Shown here: positions 1 to 8,818 of the stretch, one piece after another
How the letters are laid out: each line of letters begins with the position of its first letter
Position numbering within the stretch: position 1 is the first letter of the stretch
IMG/VR virus record: IMGVR_UViG_3300013132_000045
DNA length: 64,000 bases
DNA from: an uncultured virus (IMG/VR IMGVR_UViG_3300013132_000045)
Lineage: Duplodnaviria; Heunggongvirae; Uroviricota; Caudoviricetes
Reading direction: 5' to 3' (one strand)
Translations under genes and position numbers: made by a program
Notes under the pieces: generated by a model
The model's database searches: none
What the model was told of the DNA's origin: nothing
The model's input: the letters and a program-made list of their open reading frames with translations, nothing else

Positions 1-1
1 A

Positions 2-373
2 GCCACGCATAAAGCCGTGGAAGTGATGCCAGTTGAAATTGATGGGCAGTGGCAGCAAGCGTGGGAACTGCAAGAGCTTCCACCACCATTAGTGGTGCCG
101 CGCTGGGTGGATTTCTCAGCCATCATCATGGCTCTCCCTGCCGCCAATGCCATGCTTGGCGCCGTGCTGCAAGCAGCTCCAGGGCTTTATGGCGGCCTGG
201 TGGTGGGGCTGCAACAGGCCAGCGAAGGAGACAGCAGAGTATTCCTGAACTCCTGGAACGCTGCCCTTGCCCTAGGGCTGATCTCGGCTGAGCTGATCGT
301 CGCCGTGCAGGAAATTGCTAGCGAATACAACCTGCCAGAAGCCTTTATTGAAGCGTTGGCCCCAGCAGCATAA
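2..373 (+). CDS. Tail-fibre-associated/assembly protein, 5'-truncated by the window edge
   Basis: Frame is open to the window start (ATHKAVEVMPVEIDGQWQQAW...); the GQWQQAW motif is typical of phage fibre-assembly-like proteins; precedes the lysis genes. Confidence 0.5.
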   Translation, partial: ATHKAVEVMPVEIDGQWQQAWELQELPPPLVVPRWVDFSAIIMALPAANAMLGAVLQAAPGLYGGLVVGLQQASEGDSRVFLNSWNAALALGLISAELIVAVQEIASEYNLPEAFIEALAPAA

Positions 374-407
374 AGCGTGCTATAAAGGGGGCAATTATTT
401 CATTCCC

Positions 408-605
408 ATGGAAAGCCTTCCTCCGCAGTACGATCATCGTGCTGCGCAAGTAGAAGCCATTGCTGATGCCTTGCAAGAGCTTATGAATGAAGGGCCTTTC
501 ATTGCTCATGCTGCCATCCTTGAAGCCATAGATCAATGGTATGATTATCATCAAAAGGAAGCTTCACAATGGAAAGCACTGAAAATGACCTTGGGCAATG
601 GTTAA
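408..605 (+). CDS. Hypothetical protein
   Basis: ATG 408 (MESLPPQYDH...) within track ORF 315..605; helical; overlaps the next gene. Confidence 0.6.
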   Translation: MESLPPQYDHRAAQVEAIADALQELMNEGPFIAHAAILEAIDQWYDYHQKEASQWKALKMTLGNG

Positions 606-949
606 ATTCTCCTGAACTGCAAGCATTGCGTGAAGCATGGGCAGCAGCAGAAAGAAAGCAAAATGCTGAAGATGATGCCTGGTGGGATAGTTTAACAATG
701 GAAGGAAGAGCACAAGCCTTCAGGCAAATTACTAAGCTCATTCATAAAGCTGACATTCAGGACAAAGGCTCCTATCGCTATGCCATGTATGACATTTTCA
801 ATTTAGACTACAGTGATGGCTTGTCACATTACATAGACATTCACAATTTTATTTATCGCGGCTTGGAGCAAAATGCGCCATCTTATAGCGAGAAGACTGA
901 GAATGGGGATGACAAGGATGCACCCATTGATGATACAAGCGGCCAGTAA
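569..949 (+). CDS. Hypothetical protein
   Basis: 126-aa ORF with a GSYRYAMYDIF motif typical of phage hypotheticals. Confidence 0.65.
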   Translation: MESTENDLGQWLNSPELQALREAWAAAERKQNAEDDAWWDSLTMEGRAQAFRQITKLIHKADIQDKGSYRYAMYDIFNLDYSDGLSHYIDIHNFIYRGLEQNAPSYSEKTENGDDKDAPIDDTSGQ

Positions 950-1019
950 GGGCTAGTCCAGTGGAAAGTAAAAATAGGCCTACTACAATTTCCATGATCA
1001 TCAATGAAGATAATTCATT

Positions 1020-1418
1020 TTAAGAGGGCAATTGCCAAGTGATACGCAATTCCCCACCAAGCGCCTTCACACCTTCACTGGCACTTTCATCAGCTTCATG
1101 AATGATCATCACAGAGGGCACAATGGCATCGGGCAGTGCTGTCACAGAAGCTTCTGGAAATAGCTCTTTAGCTTTTGTTGCAAGAGCTTCAGCGCGTTCT
1201 TGACGATCCTCCACTTCCCATTGCCTTACTATTTCTACGGCTTGTTTATCAACAGCTTCAATGGTGACTTTTATTTTCCATAGCTGCCAATATGGACGAA
1301 GAGTGTCCATAATATTGATGTAGCCTGGCGCAAGTGGAAGCCATGGCCAACGCTTTGCTGCCCATAGTCCTGCTTCATATAGTGAATAGTAAAAGAACGA
1401 TTCAGGAGAGGGTTCCAT
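1020..1418 (-). CDS. Hypothetical protein (lysis module)
   Basis: 132-aa ORF starting 3 nt after the endolysin stop. Confidence 0.65.
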   Translation of the reverse strand: MEPSPESFFYYSLYEAGLWAAKRWPWLPLAPGYINIMDTLRPYWQLWKIKVTIEAVDKQAVEIVRQWEVEDRQERAEALATKAKELFPEASVTALPDAIVPSVMIIHEADESASEGVKALGGELRITWQLPS

Positions 1419-1421
1419 GAT

Positions 1422-2360
1422 TTAACCCTCCTGAAACACTGAACAAAATACCGTGCCTTGTTTGTAAAGAGGAAGAATTCTATTGATAAGGTCAGAATTT
1501 TTACAGCGCACGCAGCCGTGAGTGGAAACAAGCTTTTGATTGGGCGCCCAAGCCCCGGGCCATCCAAGTGCACTTCCGCCTCCATGAATGCCTACACCTG
1601 CGCGTCCGTTGCCTGCTTCTTGATTTTCTAGTTCAATTAAGTCGTAAAAAGCCCAACCGTAGGCCAAAAGAGTGCGATCATACATGCCCTTATCACCATA
1701 TAGGGCATAATCGTTATATAGCCTCCCAAGCTTGTAAAGCCCTGGTGGAGTGTCAGAACGTTGAATTTTCCATTCATCATCAGCATATTGCCCACGCGCC
1801 AAGCATGGCACTTCCCACAAAAGCTTCCCTTCAAAAGAGAAAGCTTTCATGGTTTCGCTAATGTCATTAACAATTAAATGAGAGTCGCCTTTCTTGAAGC
1901 CAAAATCTTGTGGGCGCTTTGTTGGTCCTACCATGGCTTTCGTGCTTTCTGGCGCATGTTGTTTCATTAGCCTACTAAGTTTTACTGGATAGTCAGGATC
2001 AGTGGCATAACTCTGTTCTTTTAACATTCGCGCAGCAGCGTAACGATTGGGCGCATTATTAACGCCCTTAAAGCGTTTGTAGTCTTTATACCATCTTGTA
2101 ACTAAATATTCCACGCAAGCAGCAAGACTGGGAAAGTCTATAAAGCCTGCCTTAATTGTCACCCACTGGCCATCGTAGAATTCTTTTGTGGAAACAGAAC
2201 TTCCACTTCCCTTTAAGCCGAAAATATTATTTTTCCCAGAGAAATGCTTGCCAAAGCCACTTTCCAAAGCCCATTGTGCTGCAACAAGCTCAGGAAAACG
2301 AGCCCCCACGCGACGAGCATGGGAGCTTATACCCTCCCAGGAATTAGCAATGTCAGCCAT
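1422..2360 (-). CDS. Endolysin: N-terminal GH73 glucosaminidase-like domain plus C-terminal YkuD L,D-transpeptidase-like domain
   Basis: AQWALESG...NNIFGLKG...YATDPDY (GH73); TPPGLY...GIHGG...STHGCVR (YkuD His/Cys motif). Confidence 0.85.
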   Translation of the reverse strand: MADIANSWEGISSHARRVGARFPELVAAQWALESGFGKHFSGKNNIFGLKGSGSSVSTKEFYDGQWVTIKAGFIDFPSLAACVEYLVTRWYKDYKRFKGVNNAPNRYAAARMLKEQSYATDPDYPVKLSRLMKQHAPESTKAMVGPTKRPQDFGFKKGDSHLIVNDISETMKAFSFEGKLLWEVPCLARGQYADDEWKIQRSDTPPGLYKLGRLYNDYALYGDKGMYDRTLLAYGWAFYDLIELENQEAGNGRAGVGIHGGGSALGWPGAWAPNQKLVSTHGCVRCKNSDLINRILPLYKQGTVFCSVFQEG

Positions 2361-2366
2361 GATGGC

Positions 2367-2516
2367 TTATTTCTTGCCGCCAACGCGGAAGATGGTCTTC
2401 AGCCCTTCAAGCAGCACTTGCAGCACGTTGTTGCTTTTCCAGGGAGAATATTCAATGAGCTGGTCAAGAGCACCAACGACGATGCCACCAACAACAAACC
2501 ATTCAACAGTGCCCAT
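2367..2516 (-). CDS. Putative holin, 49 aa (not in ORF track)
   Basis: Hand-translated MGTVEWFVVGGIVVGALDQLIEYSPWKSNNVLQVLLEGLKTIFRVGGKK; hydrophobic N-terminus, basic tail; ends 6 nt before the endolysin ATG. Confidence 0.65.
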   Translation of the reverse strand: MGTVEWFVVGGIVVGALDQLIEYSPWKSNNVLQVLLEGLKTIFRVGGKK

Positions 2517-2545
2517 GATAGGAAGTTATAGATGATGATATAAGC

Positions 2546-2755
2546 CTAGCGCCTAATCTCCAAAGAGCGCACGCGACTTTCCAAATCCTTAATGTTTTCT
2601 GTCAGGGCATTAAGCTTTTCCGTGATATTTTCTATTTGAGTGTTAATTTTCACTTGCTGATGGCCAATGCTAACCATCATTCCACCAGTGGCCAGCAACA
2701 TGCCAGCAGTGATGCTCACGGCAAAATTTGTCAAATTGTCTTGCCACTCTTTCAT
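2546..2755 (-). CDS. Membrane-anchored coiled-coil protein (lysis accessory)
   Basis: One hydrophobic segment followed by heptad repeats (LNALTENIKDLESRVRSLE). Confidence 0.6.
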   Translation of the reverse strand: MKEWQDNLTNFAVSITAGMLLATGGMMVSIGHQQVKINTQIENITEKLNALTENIKDLESRVRSLEIRR

Positions 2756-2844
2756 GGATTGGTAGCCTTTTTGCCCATTCTAGGCACATTCTCCATTCTT
2801 CCATGGCACCAATTAAGCTATAAACAGGCCAGGCAATTATTGCT

Positions 2845-3321
2845 ATGGGGAAACGAAATGGTGCTGATGATCTTCTTTATTCTCTTTCTGAGTTACGCCC
2901 TGGAGAAGCAAAGCGTCGATTTCGTAAAAGTATTTTTGAAGACTTTCCCACTAAAGGACCATTGGGCCATTGCGCTTGCGCCTATTGTGGCAAATGGAAC
3001 GAAAAGCTAACCATTGATCACATCGTTCCTAAAAGCAGCGGTGGACCACATTTTGCTAAATATAATTTAACGCCAGCATGTTTTTCATGCAATGCATCAA
3101 AAGGAAGCCAGCGTATTTTTGAATGGTGGCGACCAAAAGAATTCTGGACAGAAGAAAGAGAGCGCGTATTATTGGCTTGGATATATGCGCATAGTTTTAT
3201 TAGTGCTCACACTGACGTGGGAAGCTGGGAAGAATGGATGGAACGCACACAACGCACTTTACCAATAAATGAAAAAGCAATTATTAGCCCCTTTCTTTTA
3301 GGGGAATGGTGTGCTATTTAA
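2845..3321 (+). CDS. HNH endonuclease
   Basis: CAYCG...TIDHIVPKSSGG...NLTPACFSCNASKG. Confidence 0.85.
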   Translation: MGKRNGADDLLYSLSELRPGEAKRRFRKSIFEDFPTKGPLGHCACAYCGKWNEKLTIDHIVPKSSGGPHFAKYNLTPACFSCNASKGSQRIFEWWRPKEFWTEERERVLLAWIYAHSFISAHTDVGSWEEWMERTQRTLPINEKAIISPFLLGEWCAI

Positions 3322-3689
3322 TGATTATCAACTAGCGCAAACATGCTTTCTGAAGGCCCTTGACGCACATTTGGCAATGGACAGAAGCCATCAGGGCAAC
3401 CACTTGGCTTTAAGTAATCATCGGGATCGTAGTTTGCACTAGGCATTTCTTTAATGATTTCTTCAATTGCCTTTCCCATTGCTTCTTCTTTCTCAATCAA
3501 TCGCTCAAGATACCATTGAGCTTTTTTAAGGTCTTCAGCACCGTTTTTCTTTGTGAAGCGCCACAAATACTTTTGGCAATTACCACGAAGATAGCCCTTA
3601 AATTCTTCCGTGCTCATGGAAGCTTCAATGGCATCAATACATTCAATGCTGCTGTCGGTGTAGTGCGAAGGATTGATAGGGTCGTGCAT
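3318..3689 (-). CDS. DUF3310-family protein (T7 gp1.7-like nucleotide kinase)
   Basis: DPINPSHY...IECIDAI...GNCQKYLWR...KNGAEDLKKAQWYL. Confidence 0.85.
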   Translation of the reverse strand: MHDPINPSHYTDSSIECIDAIEASMSTEEFKGYLRGNCQKYLWRFTKKNGAEDLKKAQWYLERLIEKEEAMGKAIEEIIKEMPSANYDPDDYLKPSGCPDGFCPLPNVRQGPSESMFALVDNH

Positions 3690-3707
3690 GGTCAGAATTG
3701 GCAGTTG

Positions 3708-3944
3708 TTATTTCGTGGAAGAATGAAGGTCAATGAGCACAAAACGAATGGTTACCACCACCAACACCCACTGCCAAAAACCAAGAGCAATGGTAGGGGC
3801 GAATAATGCCACGACCAAACTTAATAGCCAAGCACGGGCGCAAGCAAGACCCAGCCCACCGGCAAAGGCTGCTGCCAAAGCTCCAATGGCCATAGCCGTA
3901 TTTTCAATAGTCGGAATCGTAACCGTTACCATGTCCTTATTCAT
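3708..3944 (-). CDS. Small membrane protein
   Basis: Two hydrophobic segments. Confidence 0.6.
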   Translation of the reverse strand: MNKDMVTVTIPTIENTAMAIGALAAAFAGGLGLACARAWLLSLVVALFAPTIALGFWQWVLVVVTIRFVLIDLHSSTK

Positions 3945-4330
3945 TGTGGAAGGAGAGCGATGGGGCGAATGCGTTGAATTGCCACTATATCAGAGATGAG
4001 AGCATCTTCTCGGTGCCAAACGACCACTGCTGCTTTTCTTCCATTGCTCCCTCTTGTAAAGCCCTGGAAGGTGCCGTAGATGCTGGATGGCACCATACCA
4101 GCCCCTGTGAAGGCGACCAGCGCCACTGTCTCACCAACGGTCCATTCATAATTCTTTGGCAACTGAGGCAGTCTATGCCTTTGGCTCAATGGATGCAAGA
4201 CTTTCGGGCAGTCCGAACCATTCTTTTCGGCATTTTGCCCATCATTCACTGCCCTTACAAAGCTCTTCCGCGCATCATTTCGCTTTAGCCTAAGAACAAC
4301 AAAAGAGCTTTTTATCGTGGGCTTTATCAT
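3941..4330 (-). CDS. Hypothetical protein (start uncertain)
   Basis: ORF with an SH3-like beta pattern at the C-terminus; ATGA overlap with the next gene. Confidence 0.5.
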   Translation of the reverse strand: MIKPTIKSSFVVLRLKRNDARKSFVRAVNDGQNAEKNGSDCPKVLHPLSQRHRLPQLPKNYEWTVGETVALVAFTGAGMVPSSIYGTFQGFTRGSNGRKAAVVVWHREDALISDIVAIQRIRPIALLPQ

Positions 4331-4376
4331 TCCAGTGGAATTAAGGGACTACAATGGCAGAAGCACTAAGGCTGCC

Positions 4377-4679
4377 ATGGGTCCGTTTGAACATTCACCA
4401 GAGCGTGAATTTGCGCTCACTGTCAATCGTCGAGCCATTGATGAATGCACGAGCTTGGAACAACTCAAGCCAGTAACTAAGAATTTGCTTGAAGGCTGGA
4501 GCAGTATGAATACAGCCATGCAAAGAATGATTCTGGAAAACATTCAACTTCGTCAAGCCTTGGCCATACGCGATATAGACTTAAAAGCTGCAGAGGACAT
4601 GCTTAACGAAGCTGCGGGCATCGTGCAAGAATGTAGTCAGAAATCAAAGAGTGCCAAAAAGCGTCTTTGGCCATGGTAG
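4377..4679 (+). CDS. Possible NblA-like helix-loop-helix protein with coiled-coil extension
   Basis: SPEREFAL..NRRAIDEC.SLEQLK....NLLEGW resembles the NblA pattern (SLEQEF.L...EQLK..L); TACAAT -10 at 4350. Confidence 0.4.
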   Translation: MGPFEHSPEREFALTVNRRAIDECTSLEQLKPVTKNLLEGWSSMNTAMQRMILENIQLRQALAIRDIDLKAAEDMLNEAAGIVQECSQKSKSAKKRLWPW

Positions 4680-4980
4680 AAGTGAGAAGAAAAATGGTCC
4701 ATCCACTGGTATAAGCAAGATTGTACTTTTTACAATCTCTTTCATAGCCGCTGCCGGTAACATGACGACCTTTCATATATACTCCCCCTTGTATTTCAAT
4801 GCCAATACAAGATGCAGGATGAGCAAAATCAAGACGATATTTCTTAGAGCGTTTGCTTTTTAGAAAGCGCTCTTGAAAATCAACATCCCATGCAGGAATA
4901 TCAGAAAATTCTCGCTCTAGCTTTATTTTAGGAAAATGAGCCTGCCACAAGCCAAGAAATTGATCTTCAAGAGCACTCAA
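4603..4980 (-). CDS. Vsr/DUF559-like endonuclease (possible resolvase)
   Basis: YRLDFAHP...IEIQGG...GRH...GYERDCKKYNLA...GW. Confidence 0.75.
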   Translation of the reverse strand: MSALEDQFLGLWQAHFPKIKLEREFSDIPAWDVDFQERFLKSKRSKKYRLDFAHPASCIGIEIQGGVYMKGRHVTGSGYERDCKKYNLAYTSGWTIFLLTSTMAKDAFWHSLISDYILARCPQLR

Positions 4981-4983
4981 CGA

Positions 4984-5574
4984 TTAAACAGCAGCTAGTT
5001 TCACCTTAGCGTCTTGATGCTGATATTGGCCGGAATAAGCAATGGCCACGTTGTGGTCAAGCTGATAAAGCATCACTTGTACTATGCCTTCATTGGCATA
5101 TATACGAGCAGGAAACGCAGTAGGATTAGCAATGTGCATAGTTAAATAGCCACTCCATCCAGGTTCAATTGGCGTCACATTGATAATGATGCCACAACGA
5201 GCATAAGTGGATTTACCATCACATAGTCCAATGATGGAAGGTGGCATGGAAATTAGCTCTAAACTAACTCCTAGGCCAAAGCTATGAGGCGGAAGTTCAA
5301 AATAAGAACCATTTTTACCATGGTTCAATTCTGCCACATAAGGAATGGTTGGATCAGAAAGCTTTGGATCAAGAACGGCATGACCATACAATGGGTCGCC
5401 TTCAAACACTAAAAAATTACTAGGCGATAGACGAATGTCATAACCTGCCTGGGAAAGGCCATACGAGATGGCCTTTGTCCCACAGTCCAACATTCGTCGC
5501 TTTTCGCCTACAAAGGGAAAAAACACATCCAGCTCTGCAAGGGCTTGAATTTGTTTATCGCTGAGTAAGCTCAT
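4984..5574 (-). CDS. dcd: dCTP deaminase
   Basis: ISYGLSQAGYDIRL, GKSTYARCGIIINVTPIEPGWSG, IYANEGIVQ, YSGQYQ. Confidence 0.93.
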   Translation of the reverse strand: MSLLSDKQIQALAELDVFFPFVGEKRRMLDCGTKAISYGLSQAGYDIRLSPSNFLVFEGDPLYGHAVLDPKLSDPTIPYVAELNHGKNGSYFELPPHSFGLGVSLELISMPPSIIGLCDGKSTYARCGIIINVTPIEPGWSGYLTMHIANPTAFPARIYANEGIVQVMLYQLDHNVAIAYSGQYQHQDAKVKLAAV

Positions 5575-5577
5575 AGT

Positions 5578-5832
5578 TCAGAAGGGGGCTTCGTCATCGT
5601 CGAGGAAAGCATTCACCCATACGCTGGCATAGCCTTTTGCGCCGTCTCGTTGTCCTTTTACTCTGGCAGTGCCAGTGTATCTAGGGGCTTTATCAGATGA
5701 TCGCTTTTCATTGGGCCATACAGCCACATCAAGCGAATAGTTACCCCGCTCGTTTGGACCAGCTTCCTTAAGGCTCTTAAGAAGATCAATGGGAAGGTCG
5801 AGAGCGGCGGTGATTGGAGGCCTAGTGGCCAT
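5578..5832 (-). CDS. Small ssDNA-binding-like protein
   Basis: KRSSDKAPRYTG motif and acidic-aromatic tail DDDEAPF; lies in the recombination module. Confidence 0.55.
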   Translation of the reverse strand: MATRPPITAALDLPIDLLKSLKEAGPNERGNYSLDVAVWPNEKRSSDKAPRYTGTARVKGQRDGAKGYASVWVNAFLDDDEAPF

Positions 5833-5882
5833 GGTGTTTTCTCCTTGGGAGTGATGGAGCCCTTGCTCAGGGCTTGCCCATC

Positions 5883-6647
5883 CTACCCCTTATCCGTCGT
5901 AAGCGCAAACGCTTTTCTTCCTGGGTAGAACTGGTCGAAATACCGAAGCACAGTGTCTTCCATGATGCGTTGCTGCTGCACCAGTTCAAAGCCGTCTATT
6001 TGCAGCACTTGCAACTCAGCTTCGCGCTCTGGCTCTTCAGGGTCGTATACGCTAATCACGCAGAAAGCTTGCTCAACATCTAAATCGTACATTTGCTCTG
6101 CCGCAAGACTATAAGCGCCAAGTTGTTTTTTATAGTCAGCTAGTTGATAATCAGGCTTAATTTTATAGCTAGTTTTCCAATCCATAAGTGCAATAGAACC
6201 ATCGGCCATTAGTGCTAATTGATCAAGCGTACCTGCATAACCAATTCTTTCTCCATCGTTCCACCATGCCACTGCGCTTTCAGCAAGAATAGGCTTTTCA
6301 ATAAGCTCTAGGAAAGGTTCAATGGCGGAGAAATATGGTTGCCATTCAGGGCGATGCTCAAGATGATTTTCAATGTCTTCCCCATTGAACAAGTCTTCAA
6401 TCACCTCATGCATCCAGGTGCCGCGATTAGCAGCAAGACGGGTGCGTCTATTGGCCTCTTCATCTCCCACACGCTTACGCCAGTTGATGAGCGCCATGAT
6501 CTTTGCCACGGAAGCCATGGAGGAAAGCACAGTAGTGACAGAGGGCAAAAGCATACCCTCTGGCACATTTGGGAACTGGCTGCAGGTGTAGTGTCTTTTT
6601 CCGTCTAAAGAGATCCGACTGGGGGCGTAACGGGCCAGGGAAAGCAT
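5883..6647 (-). CDS. PD-(D/E)XK exonuclease (RecB/Cas4-like)
   Basis: PSVTTVLS, RGTWMH, YAGTLD, MDWKTS, QLGAY. Confidence 0.88.
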   Translation of the reverse strand: MLSLARYAPSRISLDGKRHYTCSQFPNVPEGMLLPSVTTVLSSMASVAKIMALINWRKRVGDEEANRRTRLAANRGTWMHEVIEDLFNGEDIENHLEHRPEWQPYFSAIEPFLELIEKPILAESAVAWWNDGERIGYAGTLDQLALMADGSIALMDWKTSYKIKPDYQLADYKKQLGAYSLAAEQMYDLDVEQAFCVISVYDPEEPEREAELQVLQIDGFELVQQQRIMEDTVLRYFDQFYPGRKAFALTTDKG

Positions 6648-6706
6648 TTAACAATTAAGACCAGACAAGCCACTATACCATTAGTAATGCAGGAAAAAAC
6701 GGACTT

Positions 6707-6958
6707 TCAATGCTGTTTTTGTCGGCTCAAATTCACCTTCGGAAAGTCCATGATGGCGCCAGTGCTACGGTTCCAAGTGGTAAAGCAATCAGGGCATTGA
6801 TAGGCAAAGCAACGATCTTGCTTCCACGAAGACAAAGCAATCACGCGACTGAACCATTTGGAGCCGCCAAACAACTCTTGGCTGGCTTTTGGAATGGGCT
6901 TATCATGCCAAAGACTGCCGCATTCAGGGCAGTGCTGGAGTTCGTCAAAGCGAGTCAT
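6707..6958 (-). CDS. Zinc-ribbon protein
   Basis: CPECG...YQCPDC; ATG at 6958 overlaps the end of the upstream gene. Confidence 0.65.
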   Translation of the reverse strand: MTRFDELQHCPECGSLWHDKPIPKASQELFGGSKWFSRVIALSSWKQDRCFAYQCPDCFTTWNRSTGAIMDFPKVNLSRQKQH

Positions 6959-7271
6959 CAAGGGCCTCCAGTGCGCGGCGGATGGCATTCTCGTGGGCGG
7001 CATCAAGGCCGCAGTCGTCCAGAACTGCCAGCGCCTGCTGCTTCAAACTCAGTGGCTTCGGCCGGCGGGCGGCCTGCACCGCCTTGGCCCACCTCGGGTG
7101 CTGATTATCAATTGACCACTGCACGCACGCCTCCAGCTCCTGGTCGGCGCCCCATTGGGCAGCTCGATTGGATATTCCTTGAATTACATCTTCACTGGCG
7201 TCATCTGCTGATGCATACCAGTTCTCTACCAGCTCCGGCGGTGGGGTGATTGAGGAAAGTTGTTCGGTCAT
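6945..7271 (-). CDS. Hypothetical phage protein
   Basis: ITPPPELV..W, AAQWGADQELEAC, ARRPKPLSLKQQAL. Confidence 0.7.
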   Translation of the reverse strand: MTEQLSSITPPPELVENWYASADDASEDVIQGISNRAAQWGADQELEACVQWSIDNQHPRWAKAVQAARRPKPLSLKQQALAVLDDCGLDAAHENAIRRALEALDDSL

Positions 7272-7374
7272 GGTTCTTCAGAAAAAGGGCTTCCATCATT
7301 GTTGTAAATAACTGTGCCCGCAAAACTTAAAGCAAACATTGCTGCTGCTTGGTCTATATAAGGCACAGTCTCAT

Positions 7375-8313
7375 TTATTGCTTTTTTGTCCTTTTATATT
7401 CCTCCGCCCATTCAATGGCAGCTTCCACGCTTTCTTTACAAGCAGCTTGCAAACAATCAAGCTCTTTTGCCATTGCTGCTTTTGTAATTTTGATGCCTTC
7501 TTCTTTTGTCCAAGAAGTGACAATGGTGGAAACAACATTAGCAAACATGGCTTTGTCTTTCACTTCTTCACCTTTGGCCAAACCAAGACTTTCAAGGGCT
7601 GCTCTGCCTGCCATCAAGCTTGTACGTTCATCAGCATAGCCAAGGGGATTGGCTTTGCAGAAAGCAAGCAATGTTGCTTTCCCATCAAACTGAGAAGATG
7701 GTTCTTCAGAAATGCCAGTAGTAGTCTCCTCGGGGGAAGGTGCAGCCATCTTGGCCACAGGGGCAGACTTTGGGGCATCTTGCTGCAACGGAAGCTTAGG
7801 CGGCTCTTTTTCATCGCCCCTGGGAATGTCTTCGCCAGAATAAAGTTTCAAGCCAAGGCCAGTAAAAGTGGCAATGCACTTCACGCTAGCCCGTTGAATG
7901 TTATCGCTCACTGCACGAGCATTAAGTTCAACAAGCGCATTGTGCTTATTGTCCATCAATGGAAAAACCAAGGCAGGAGTGCGGCGGCAACCATCAGTGA
8001 GGAAAGGACGAAGAAGCCAGCAACCTTCCTTTCCGAAAACTGGCCAGCCGATTGTGCTTTCTTCAAACGCCACAAAGAACGTCGGGAATTGTTCCTTAAG
8101 GTGGCGGAAGGCAAACGGCCAAGATAGGTAGGAAAGGCCTTTGTAGTTCTTTTCAACATGTTCACCAATGGGCAGTTCGTAAGCTGCAGTAAATTTATCA
8201 GGGGGAATTTCAAGAGCAGCGAAAATGCCGTTCATGCGATCAGTGAGAGCCATTGATGCAGGAGTGTCCATGAAAAAATCAGCAGGATTGTAAGTCAGGA
8301 GAGAGTGTTTCAT
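7375..8313 (-). CDS. Sak3/DUF1071-like single-strand annealing protein
   Basis: GLSYLSWPFA, PLMDNKHNA, IQRASVKCIA..GLGLKLYSGEDIP; next to the exonuclease. Confidence 0.8.
   Translation of the reverse strand: MKHSLLTYNPADFFMDTPASMALTDRMNGIFAALEIPPDKFTAAYELPIGEHVEKNYKGLSYLSWPFAFRHLKEQFPTFFVAFEESTIGWPVFGKEGCWLLRPFLTDGCRRTPALVFPLMDNKHNALVELNARAVSDNIQRASVKCIATFTGLGLKLYSGEDIPRGDEKEPPKLPLQQDAPKSAPVAKMAAPSPEETTTGISEEPSSQFDGKATLLAFCKANPLGYADERTSLMAGRAALESLGLAKGEEVKDKAMFANVVSTIVTSWTKEEGIKITKAAMAKELDCLQAACKESVEAAIEWAEEYKRTKKQ
7381..7387 (-). other. Putative -1 ribosomal frameshift site A_AAA_AAG
   Basis: In-frame heptamer one sense codon (CAA) before the stop; -1 frame is open to TGA 7268-7270, which overlaps the next ATG. 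Confidence 0.65.
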
Positions 8314-8573
8314 TGCTCAATGGAAGAATCAAGCTTGTAATGGTTGTCGTAGAAGATGACAAGCTTTTTAGGCTTCTGGCCCTCATAGCTGACAAGACTT
8401 GTACCAGGCAACGGCCAGTCTTCCAATATGCGAATGTCACTAATGCCTTCAGTAGCAGTTTCTTCATAGCCCTCTTCGAGGGCTGCCTCTTCAAATGCAA
8501 GAAGAACAGGCAGATCAGGGCCATATTGAGCTTCAGCTTTATTTAAGATGGCGATCAATTCAGAAAGGATCAT
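8310..8573 (-). CDS. Hypothetical protein, paralog of 8570..8818
   Basis: MILSELIAILNKAEAQYGPDLPV...LPG. Confidence 0.65.
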   Translation of the reverse strand: MILSELIAILNKAEAQYGPDLPVLLAFEEAALEEGYEETATEGISDIRILEDWPLPGTSLVSYEGQKPKKLVIFYDNHYKLDSSIEQ

Positions 8574-8818
8574 CGGTCGCTGTAGAAAAGGGTAAGGAAC
8601 AAATTGGGCTCAATATCAGACTTACCAAGCAAATCAACGCCTGGCAGTTGCTGCTCAGAAGAGCAAAGGTAGGAAGTCATCACACGCAACGACACCTCCA
8701 TAAGATCTTCTGGCTTGCTCAGTTCGTAGCAATACTCCGCAGAATACGCTCCCACTGGCATGTCGCCAAATTTATTTTCTGCTTGTTGTAGCAAGGAGAT
8801 AAGTTCAGAAATTTTCAT
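8570..8818 (-). CDS. Hypothetical protein, paralog of 8310..8573
   Basis: MKISELISLLQQAENKFGDMPV...LPG. Confidence 0.65.
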   Translation of the reverse strand: MKISELISLLQQAENKFGDMPVGAYSAEYCYELSKPEDLMEVSLRVMTSYLCSSEQQLPGVDLLGKSDIEPNLFLTLFYSDR

